A DNA stretch of 61,171 nucleotides, taken from contig NC_068985.1 of the NCBI RefSeq assembly GCF_001194135.2, forward strand, positions 15,787,310 through 15,848,480. Direction: 5' to 3'. Positions 50,502 through 61,171 of the stretch are shown in pieces. A model generated the notes under the pieces. It made no database searches, was not told where the DNA came from, and was given only the letters and a program-made list of their open reading frames with translations. The DNA is from Octopus bimaculoides. Its lineage: Eukaryota. Numbering within the stretch: the first letter of the stretch is position 1; each line of letters begins with the position of its first letter. The position numbers and the translations under genes are program-made.

Positions 50502-51789
50502 TTTTGGAGTATTGGAATTAGCATATGTGTTTCAAGAGGACACACATTCTCTGCCTGTCTCTCTGTATCTCTGTATATATATATATATNNNNNNNNNNNN
50601 NNNNNNNNNNNNNNNNNNNNNNNNNNNNNNNNNNNNNNNNNNNNNNNNNNNNNNNNNNNNNNNNNNNNNNNNNNNNNNNNNNNNNNNNNNNNNNNNNNNN
50701 NNNNNNNNNNNNNNNNNNNNNNNNNNNNNNNNNNNNNNNNNNNNNNNNNNNNNNNNNNNNNNNNNNNNNNNNNNNNNNNNNNNNNNNNNNNNNNNNNNNN
50801 NNNNNNNNNNNNNNNNNNNNNNNNNNNNNNNNNNNNNNNNNNNNNNNNNNNNNNNNNNNNNNNNNNNNNNNNNNNNNNNNNNNNNATATATATATATATA
50901 TATATATACCATATTCGAACGAAGGTCGAGTGTACTACAACTCAAGAAAAAGCCAGATTACTTTACTTACGTACAATCTACATTTATTAATGAAAATAAT
51001 CCCATACAACAATATATTGGTTCCGATGCATCATGGTATCATATCAAAGATAGGAATCAATCTTATATGACATCCAACAATATTACTTTTGAGATGTAGT
51101 ATTTCTTTCATAAATCTATCTATCTATCTATCTATCTACTTCCCTGCTGCTCTCCCTCTCTCTCTTTATACATCTACACCCAAACCATGCTTAATGTATA
51201 CGCTTAATGAAATTATGTAAGACATCTCCTATAAGAAAGGCGGGGTGCATAAATTCGTGGTTGGGCTCACGATCATATAGTTAGGGTATCAATTTCTAAA
51301 CGTCTAGGTGCGTTGTGACATTCATCATAGATTTTCCAGGCACACCCGCCAAATCTTTTTAAGTTTATGAGGCTGCATCCATGTCTCTATTTTAAGATAG
51401 TAAGATTTTATTACGAATGAAATATTATTGCTACGAATAGCAAGTCAAGCAGTCACGCAAAGGCATCTTTCTTGGGCCATTACCTCTTGATAGTCGCGTT
51501 TTTCTACAATATATGTAACATTAAGTCTACCGAAAGATATTCACCACAAAATAACAAAGACATCATTGAAAATGCTTAAAACATGCTTTGCTTTGAGAAT
51601 AAAATGCAAATCTAATATATTATTCACATGCGCATTCTGGAGCTATGTTCTGGCATATTTCGTATTACTACCCAATAGATCAACGAATTCGTAGATAATT
51701 GATACGGATACATTAACAATTAAATGCAGTCCCTCAAGATCAGCGTGTTTATCAACCGTCTATGTGACTGTGAAAATGGCGCCTGAAAA

Positions 51790-52159
51790 CTAGACCCCAA
51801 AAAAGACAAGACGCTTTTGATAGCAGATACCTCCACATAGGCTAGGCACCAAATGAAACGACTTTACCAGTTAGAAGAGCAAACCAACTATCACCATCTC
51901 CAAGTGCCAACTGATTTGGATGGAGCATGTCGTAAGACTCCTGACAAGTAAGCTCCTCGCCCACCAAATCCTTAAATGGGACCCTCTGTGGTAACGGCGC
52001 AAGGGACGCTTCAAGATGAACTGTCAGCAGACGATCGACAGGGAGCTTCAGCTGGTAAATCTACGATGGAAGGAAGCACTAAGGGTAACTACTTACCTAT
52101 CCTGTTGGAGAACTTTGATTGCCTCATGCGTCGCCCAACACGAGGAGACAAAAATTTGA
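51790..52159 (+). mobile_element. RTE-clade LINE ORF2 C-terminal remnant
   Basis: LIWMEHVVRL..HQILKWDP..*RRKGRFKMNCQQTIDREL..RWKEA..WRTLIASC, from 51911. Confidence 0.82.
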
Positions 52160-52879
52160 GTAAATTTGTTAAATATTTTAGCAACTGATATTTTGACTTT
52201 TAGGGCGTTGGAACATTCCCTAAGACGTCCTCTGGGTACGGATAACATTCAAATGTTATCCGTTTCAAATGTCCTGTAACTGACCCAAGCAGCATATGGA
52301 TCTTGAAACATGTCGGAGTTTATATATTATTCAATAACTAACAACCTTTGTAAATATGTATAAACAAACTGTATTCGCATATAATATCTCATTCAGTGCT
52401 GCGAGTGTATTAACGTATCTAATATATGAGATAGCAATTTTTAACAAAGTTGTGTACACTTACATTTATAAAATTTCCCATTTGTACCTCTAAAGTTAAC
52501 TACTTTAATCATTCTGTCGGCTCAATCCATGAAAATTGCTACGTAACAATCATTTTCCCCCTCCCCTTATTTTAATGTTGCTATCAATACATGCTTGACT
52601 GCAAACAACTTGTTTCACTTAAAATTGATGGAAAGGCATAAAATGAATAAAATTCAAAGGAGTTTTCTTTTAGAATTCATTCGTTTGCTTGTAATTTTGC
52701 CCTTGTCAACCAAGCGGAAGAATAAGCTACAGGACGTATTTTTGCGAAGAATAATTAGAATTCTTGTTACAATGTAATGAATCACGAATAAATTTGATTT
52801 TAATTTATATTAGAGCAGGAATTTTGAAAATAATCAAAAATTTACTGAATTAAAAACTGGGAACATGGAGCCAACAAGG

Positions 52880-53090
52880 GGAAACTCTCCAAGGTCATTC
52901 GACTTGCTAGATATAGCAAATATTTCTTTTATATATCATATATTGTCCTCTTAAAAAGAATGAGCTCGTGAAGGACAATATGGTCCTAGGGATGCGAAAA
53001 AAATTAACAAGACCAAATGGTCACGATTGGAACGCTTTTGAATTTTAGGTCTGTTCGATCAGAGCTGGCTTGGGGTTAAACAACAACAAT
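52880..53090 (+). mobile_element. Repeat family D
   Basis: ggtcattcgacttgctagatatagc...ggtcacgattggaacgcttttg...ttaaacaacaacaa. Confidence 0.7.
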
Positions 53091-53300
53091 TCACATTTAT
53101 TGTCAGCTAGACATTGTCACCTCCTTCAAAGACTGCTAAGTAATTTAGTAGCTATTAGTGTCATGGATTCCAAGTTTCCAGTAAGAGTTTGTGAAGTTTT
53201 TCTGGATTTCATAAAATAGTATTGTATTCTACTTTGATATTCGAGTAGAATTATTCTCATCTTCATTACCACCTATGGGCTTATTTGTGTGCGTATGCAT

Positions 53301-53301
<1 letters not shown>

Positions 53302-53372
<71 letters not shown>
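53302..53372. repeat. (CA)n microsatellite abutting a gap
   Basis: Direct reading. Confidence 0.97.
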
Positions 53373-54229
53373 NNNNNNNNNNNNNNNNNNNNNNNNNNNN
53401 NNNNNNNNNNNNNNNNNNNNNNNNNNNNNNNNNNNNNNNNNNNNNNNNNNNNNNNNNNNNNNNNNNNNNNNNNNNNNNNNNNNNNNNNNNNNNNNNNNNN
53501 NNNNNNNNNNNNNNNNNNNNNNNNNNNNNNNNNNNNNNNNNNNNNNNNNNNNNNNNNNNNNNNNNNNNNNNNNNNNNNNNNNNNNNNNNNNNNNNNNNNN
53601 NNNNNNNNNNNNNNNNNNNNNNNNNNNNNNNNNNNNNNNNNNNNNNNNNNNNNNNNNNNNNNNNNNNNNNNNNNNNNNNNNNNNNNNNNNNNNNNNNNNN
53701 NNNNNNNNNNNNNNNNNNNNNNNNNNNNNNNNNNNNNNNNNNNNNNNNNNNNNNNNNNNNNNNNNNNNNNNNNNNNNNNNNNNNNNNNNNNNNNNNNNNN
53801 NNNNNNNNNNNNNNNNNNNNNNNNNNNNNNNNNNNNNNNNNNNNNNNNNNNNNNNNNNNNNNNNNNNNNNNNNNNNNNNNNNNNNNNNNNNNNNNNNNNN
53901 NNNNNNNNNNNNNNNNNNNNNNNNNNNNNNNNNNNNNNNNNNNNNNNNNNNNNNNNNNNNNNNNNNNNNNNNNNNNNNNNNNNNNNNNNNNNNNNNNNNN
54001 NNNNNNNNNNNNNNNNNNNNNNNNNNNNNNNNNNNNNNNNNNNNNNNNNNNNNNNNNNNNNNNNNNNNNNNNNNNNNNNNNNNNNNNNNNNNNNNNNNNN
54101 NNNNNNNNNNNNNNNNNNNNNNNNNNNNNNNNNNNNNNNNNNNNNNNNNNNNNNNNNNNNNNNNNNNNNNNNNNNNNNNNNNNNNNNNNNNNNNNNNNNN
54201 NNNNNNNNNNNNNNNNNNNNNNNNNNNNN

Positions 54230-54276
<47 letters not shown>

Positions 54277-55009
54277 ATTTTAATTTAATGCTTCCTCTAA
54301 CTGCCACAGAAATAACGAATGATAAAAAACGTTCCATTCTTGACCATAAATCTTTTTGTGTATCTAGGAAAGATCAATATGTCTTTATTTTTCTGAAGAT
54401 GATGTCGTGTTGTTCGATGAAATTTGATTACTATTTCTAGCAAAGCGGAAGTCCAAGTAGAGGCGCCCTCATTGTGTGTAATAGCATTTAGTTTCAAGAT
54501 CACAATCGTGTATCTATGACTCATTAACTTTAATGAAGAAGCTAAGCTGAGGAAATTAGAATTGATTTTCAGTCTTCGTCGTAGGTCCTCATATAGTTGT
54601 CTACGGTAGCTTATTGAAACGTCAATCAAACAGTAACAGTTTCTTAGTGAAGCGTCGATTACTTTCTGTCATATGGAGCCGCTTTAACAGCAGACGATGT
54701 CATCAATCAACTTTAATGGGATTCATCTCTCACTGATATTCCGCCAATTTTAAAACGTTTTATTCGCTGATAAATATCAGTCAATCTCAAGTTTTCTCCA
54801 ATAAATTCTGTTCTTAACATTTAGAGTATTCCTCTTCCATTTTCACCACTTCTACCGGAACAAAATTTGATATACACGTAACTCCTTGTTCTCCAGTTTT
54901 CGCTTCTTTTCTATTTCGAAATTAATAAGATCTGAATACATGCTTGTCAACATTGGTCATTGTTGTTGTTAGTAGTGGTGGTGGTGATAGTGGCGGTGGT
55001 AGTGGAGGA

Positions 55010-55946
55010 GGGCAGCGATACTACAGAGTTTAGGGGTATTCTGTGAATATAGGTTGAATGTGGGGGTAGGGTATGAAGGAAATCAAATGATTAGTTCTAA
55101 CTATTGTAAAATTGTAGTATTTCGTGCGATTATTTTATCTGGTAAAGGAGAAAGATGTAAGATGTTATAGATACGAATTTGTTATATAGGTTAATGGACA
55201 TCGCTTGTAATATGCGGACATGTGTGCCTGGAAAGGAATTATTACCTTAATAAATAAAGCGTGGGGAAATACCTGGTAGTAATAGTTCAGAGAATAAGGG
55301 GTTTATATAATAAACTTCTTAATGACAGGTAGTACACCACTATTACTACCAGGTATTTCTCCTAAATTGTGATATCTCTGCCCGCCTCTCTTTGATCTTT
55401 AGTCTTAACTAGCGAATCCTAAACCCCGACCCTATACCTAATTCGCTTTATTTATGCATTAATATATTTCTTCACTTTTTACTCTTATTTTTTTTCTTTA
55501 TTCCTTATCTTTTCTGTATCTTCTTTTCTCTCCCAGCTGCCCACATTACTAAGCCTAGCATAATAAAATATACATTTTCATCACCTACGCTTCATCTCTA
55601 TCCTCAGAAAGAACCAGTCTAGCTGACTTCTATTTCACCCGGAACGCTGACCATAAATATATTACACCCTCTTACAAACTAAACTCTTGACCGAACTCCA
55701 CCCCTTAATGCTCACGACGACCAATTTTGTTGGTCATTCTCCCATTTCATGGTAAGCTTCGGCAGACTCCAGCTACGTCTCTGCTATATTCTTGGGATAG
55801 TCTTTTGCTTTTGAAATTATGTTTCATCTGATGATTGCGGTATTTTGTGATGAAGTAATGTTTTCATTCTTCTATTAGAAAAATGCGTAAGAAGCAGCTG
55901 TAATGAGCTGATAATTATCGATCGTCTGCTATTATTCATTTGATTA
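55010..55946. repeat. Repeat family F copy 2 (+, about 55365-55946) preceded by an inverted 5' segment
   Basis: The reverse complement of 55010-55045 is cacagaatacccctaaactctgtagtatcgctgccc, matching about 28748-28782; 21-bp IR at about 55266-55362. Confidence 0.75.
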
Positions 55947-56177
55947 TAATACACCATAGGGATTTACGACACATCGGACACCCTGGAGTATACCAACAAC
56001 GTAAAATCAACATTACCTGTGCTTTGGGCCAGCTCCGAGGCGCTAAGTACTCATAGGGTTGGTTTTCTCTGTGTACACAACCGGAATATCCTATTTGATA
56101 TTTATGAACCATAGCTGGTAACCACAAGTTTATACAACCCTACCTGGTGCATATCTTTTCAAGTAACCGATTCTGTC

Positions 56178-56490
56178 TGAATCCTTATTATTATTATTAT
56201 TTTTCTTTATCACAGGTTTTGTTGGAACTCCTAGATTCTTACAGGCGTAGCGGTCTTGCTACCTGTAGCCTACGATACCATTCTATCTATTTTTTTCAGC
56301 TATCTAATACTTTCCTGATTATTCTGGCCGTGCCAAGGAGGCAAACCTTTAGTAACATTTCTACTGGATTCTCTAATCCAATTTCCTTTATATTCCCCTT
56401 GATGCCTTCTGATACTGTTTCCAAAGACCCAACAATAATTGGCACTATCTTCACTTTCTTCATTTTCCATAACCGGGCTATTTCGTCTTA
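56178..56490 (-). mobile_element. 3' end of an RLE-type non-LTR retrotransposon (R4/Dong-like) with (TAA)n tail
   Basis: 56487-56296 reads DEIARLWKMKKVKIVPIIVGSLETVSEG...LLKVCLLGTARIIRKVLDS*. Confidence 0.85.
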
Positions 56491-56754
56491 AGAGGGTTGT
56501 ATTTATCTATCTTTTTCGCCTTCCTTCTTGGCTATTCATGGGTCAAAGCGGCATGCAACATCAACTATATAGCATTATTATTAATATTATTATTAGGAGA
56601 GTATTGCAGTTCGCTTGAAGCATTGTTTGCAAAAAATAAGGAATTGTATTCCGAAATATCATCGGACTATAGATAACTAAATTACAACAGGTATGTAGTC
56701 CATTTTTTTGTATTATAGTGCATTGTTGTACCATTCAAAACCTTTTATTCTTTA

Positions 56755-56755
56755 A

Positions 56756-56852
<97 letters not shown>

Positions 56853-56872
56853 GTCATCATCATTATTATTAT
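56755..56872. repeat. (TAT)n-(CAT)n compound microsatellite
   Basis: Direct reading. Confidence 0.97.
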
Positions 56873-58004
56873 ATATATGTGTGTGTGTATTTGTGTTTGG
56901 GTGTGTGTGTGTGGAGGAGGGAGTGTGTGTATGTGTGTTTGACTCGAGGCAAGACGATTCTCAGCCTTGAAATATAAATGAAAAACCAACAAACCAACAT
57001 TATCTAATGCGATCTCATTATCTAAGAGGTATGAGTTTGGTTTACTGGAACGATAGAAGCTGTTTCTTGCAAGTTAAACAATTACATAGTTCATTATCAA
57101 CGCTCGTATATGGTACAAAGAAATGGTTTCTGGTATAGGTTCTCGGGTTTATGATATTGTAACATGCTACTTTAACATGTGTGCTATGTATACACATCGT
57201 CTCAGCAGAGTTAATTCACATTCTACCGTTTTTCGATTCCCCTTCATATATATATCCGTCTATCCGCATCCTTTCATTCAAATTTTTTTCTGCCGCATCT
57301 TTTTTTTCACCTGTATTCTCTTCTCTTTTCTGGCACATTTATTTAATTACTCTTCGTATGTATTTTTACCTGTTACTCTTCACACCTGGAATGTGATGTA
57401 AAATAATATAATGTTCAAAAGAAAAGGAAATCCAGTAGTTGTTTTCCTGATACAGCCATGATGTTCTATGGAGAAACAAATCGAAAAAAAATACATAAAA
57501 GATGTTTGAAATCTTTTGGTTGTGACTGTTGTTATAAAGCGAACGGATGTAACAGAACGCAGATTTTAAATAGAAACATGCTCAGAACAGGTAGTAAATA
57601 ATCGATTTTTTTCTACAAAATTTTAATTAAAATTTATTCTATGAGATATTGAATAAAATTTATTTTATAGAATATTGTGCAAGAGATAATTAATAGTTGA
57701 TTGTAAATTATACGTCATTGGTGATTGCACAAGTTCATTGTGAACAACAAGTGTTAGTTAGATCACGACATTTCAACTTCAGTTATCAAAATATCTTAAA
57801 ACAGCAGAAAATTTACGAAGTGGAAACAAAGGCGTTTATAATTCTTTTTTTCATTTCATCCATCTTTAACGTGTAGAATAATTTCTTCCGCACTTCCATT
57901 CTAAATTTTGATGCCTTGTCTTTTTTTGATAACATAGTACGGAAATATGCACGCGCGCGCTAACACACACACACACACATACATACACACACAGAGTACC
58001 TTTA

Positions 58005-58240
58005 CGCAGTTGCTTGAGATGCTAAAAATGCCGGCGAGCCAAATCTTCCTCGATTGAAAGCCTAATTCCTTGAAAAGAAGGATACACTAAACAACGTAGT
58101 CTAAGACATGCAATGCCTGAGAGACGGACGGATTGTCACGGTTGGAACGCTTTTGATTAAAGGTGCTCGTTTAGTCATTATAACTGGCTTTGGCTAAATA
58201 GCATTCTCGCAACAACAACAACAACAACAACAACAACTGC
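58005..58240 (+). mobile_element. Repeat family D with (CAA)n tail
   Basis: gtcacggttggaacgcttttgatt...ctaaatagc..caacaacaac. Confidence 0.65.
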
Positions 58241-58825
58241 AACACAACACGTGTATTAGCAGTAAAAGATATGTGAACCTCGAATTAATACTGTATAACA
58301 ACTATTTCAGGCATTGTTTATAGTTTTGCTACTTTCCATATTCACTTGTTTAACAAACTCGAACATAATTGTACGTTGCAGCCAATGACTTTTCCTTACT
58401 GATACTTTTGATTCCGAGTTCTGCTCAAGAGAAAAATATTCTATCAATAGATACTTCATTATAATTCTGATTCACGAATGACAATTTCTGAATATTTACG
58501 TAGTTATGCAATGAATTCTGAATATTCGTATTGCTAAAAACATAATTGCCGTAACTGTTGACGCCGTTATGTTTCTTTGCTAGAAATCTATTTTCTAGTT
58601 AATTAATATTCTTTCGATAAATTGCACCTTAGCATTCATTTATCCTAATTAGAGCAAGCCAAATAAACAGCTTTTTCGTGGTTGTAACACCTGAATCTCT
58701 CTCAAATGATACCGTACCACCTTTTAAAATAAAAGCAGAACATGTCAGATACATTGTAGTTTGCGATAAAGAGCCTGAACATATGAAATGGTCACAAATA
58801 GAATATCTTTCATCGTAGAAAGTGT

Positions 58826-59205
58826 GGCACTCCGTCGGTAACGACGACGAGGGTTCCAGTTGATCCGTGCAACAGAACAGCCTGCTCGTGAAATTAACGT
58901 GCAAGTGGCTGAGCACTCCACAGACACGTGTACCCTTAACGTAGTTCTCGAGGAGATTCAGCGTGACACAGAGTGTGACAAGGCAGGCCCTTTGAAATAC
59001 AGGTACAACAGAAACAAAAAGTAAGAGTGAGACAAAGTTGTGGGGAAAGAGTACAGCAGGGTTCACCACCAGCCCCTGCCGGAGCCTCGTGGAACTTTAG
59101 GTGTTTTCGCTCAATAAACGCTCACAACGTCCGGTTTGGGAATCGAAACCGCGACCCTATGACCGCAAGTCTGCTGCCCTAACCACTGGGCTATTGCGCC
59201 TCCAC
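58826..59205 (-). mobile_element. Full SINE family C
   Basis: Reverse complement closely matches 23843-24226. Confidence 0.95.
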
Positions 59206-59249
59206 ATCATAGATATATTTGATCAGATCTGACCTCGGCTACACAACAA

Positions 59250-59450
59250 GGACAATGGTTCCGCACATGCATAAGGAAAGGAAGTTGAGGAATGTGTAAG
59301 TCGATTAAACCTGATGTTTTCATCAATTCTGAAAGGATAAAAGGCAAAGAGGATCTCGGCGGGTTTTGAACTCAGAATGTGAAATACCAGAACAAATACT
59401 GCAAAGCATCTTTCCGACACTCGAACGATTCTTCCAGTTTAGTATGCCGC
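59250..59450 (-). mobile_element. SINE family B (diverged)
   Basis: gaaaggataaaaggcaaagaggatctcggcgggttttgaactcagaatg...aacgattc. Confidence 0.8.
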
Positions 59451-61111
59451 ATCTAACCACCCTTATAATGAAACAATAACATTTATTAGAGCAGTTTATT
59501 ATAAGAAAGTGTGAAACAGTGGACAACATTTAGTAAGGATCCCCTACGAGATCAACGTCGTCTTGTATTCTTTAGGGCATCGGCTATAATAATTCAGGAA
59601 AATTATTAACTTTATGAAAGAAATCATTATTTACAAAATTATTCGCGGCTACAGTGGGAGATATGACTCAAATACTGTGTGCTGATCTGTTTCTCCATCT
59701 GCAAATGCCGAAAGCTCTCTTGGAACGATTCATCTCCATTCGAAAAACACAGTAAATGTCTTCTGCCAAATCGTTCAAAATATCTTTTATTACAATAGAA
59801 ACGTTGTTGTAGTAGATTCTGCAACATTTCAAACGATATTTCATTATAAGAATACATTAATTCTTAACCAACATCGAGAAATATCGAAACAATTTTTCAT
59901 AATGCATATATAATTGTTTCATTAAAATATGTTCTCACATATCACTTCGTTTAACCGGCTGCTTTACATCATATTTCATATTTCGAGCTATTTCATTATA
60001 TTGAGATCATTTTTTACTTGTAACTTGTGCAATATGGTATATATTACACGACAACGCTTTTGTATATCCTTCCTCAAAACCATATTTTACTATGCTTCAT
60101 TGAAATCCAGAACTTCCCGGTGCGTTACGAAACGTTACTCTGTCAGATATGGAATTTATTTCTTTTGTAATTCAAAGATGGCTTTGTGTTTTTTTTTCAT
60201 CATGGCTGCAACATCATATGGGGCTAACAATATCATTTGCGTATACAAAGAGTTATCATTATATTTTTTTTAATCGCTGCGAAAATCGTTTTACTATAGC
60301 ATGTTAGCAGTTGCAGTCTCCAAGCAGACATTGTTTTATACCTCTTGCTTTCTGAATGAACGGAACCTGATACGTAAAGATTTCACTAACGAAAACGTTA
60401 CTTTTATCTACAATTAATGTATTAAACGAGAGACTGCATTAGTCATTTATCACATTTTGAAAATCGACACGGTGAATGAATTCAAAGAAATCAAATGCAC
60501 AAATTTTTCAGAACGTATTCTGTTATGTGATCATGAATATTTCTAACAGAGCAATGAAGACATTTTGGAAATAGCAAGCAGAACATTGTCAATCAATAAA
60601 TTTAGTTGTATGAGTTAAATTTATTCCCCCTCTCCCTGCACTACTAATCCTCTAATCCAGAGGAACGCCTCGTATTTCATTACCCTATGATTCATTCTCG
60701 ATGAAAGCTTGGTCTCTTATTGATTCATTCCTTATGGACCTTTTTATTAAGTCATCTCCTTACAACACTTAAAATCTTCAATGGATTCCAAATCCTTCAA
60801 TTAGCAATATCACAACTAAACTTCTCTTCTACACATTACATATACTTTCATGTATCTACAGTGTGGCTTCCTATATCAAGGAATATATGTCTATATTTTA
60901 ACGCACTTCAAAAGTGAATGATATGTTTGATCTTCGTTTAAGAGTAATTTATGAACGCAAGCATGGAGTCGTGCGCTTAAAAGGTTTCTTTTGCATTAGA
61001 TTACATCGACCGGTATTTCAACCTCGGAAACGCCATAGCCTTGAACACGCAAGAGTTTGTATAGATGAAATTTAGCGAACAAAGGTATATAGAAAACTGC
61101 CGGATGTCTGG

Positions 61112-61171
61112 GTATGTATGTATGTATGTATGTATGTATGTATGTATGTATGTATATATATATATGTATAT
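61112..61171. repeat. (TATG)n/(TA)n microsatellite
   Basis: Direct reading. Confidence 0.95.

Noticed and set aside
58629-59069. 146-aa ORF, and the similar 80-aa ORF at 34373-34615
   Set aside because: Both are translations of non-coding SINE C.

Overview
This is AT-rich eukaryotic DNA with 14 N-gaps, most of them flanked by (TA)n, (CA)n or (TAT)n microsatellites. The SINE families and microsatellite load match my recollection of Octopus (probably O. bimaculoides) repeats; this is inference, no search was run. No intact host protein-coding gene, genuine tRNA/rRNA gene or CRISPR array is supportable. The window reads as a transposon-rich intron or intergenic region. Coding TE remnants: CR1-group LINE 3' end, Hsmar1-like DD34D mariner with both TIRs, DD37D (maT) Tc1/mariner, Helitron PIF1 helicase, MULE transposase, RTE LINE and two R4/Dong-like RLE LINE fragments. 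Non-coding repeats: several MITEs and about 30 SINE-like copies in 5 families (A-E, my labels). The most notable observations are a LINE/SINE shared 3' tail, degenerate Penelope-type minimal hammerhead motifs, a 116-bp near-perfect inverted repeat, a MITE with a telomeric-repeat core and both types of Helitron terminus. A few candidate exons have good splice signals but no recognisable product. I found no convincing novel multi-gene system. SINE boundaries are approximate (+/-10-20 bp).
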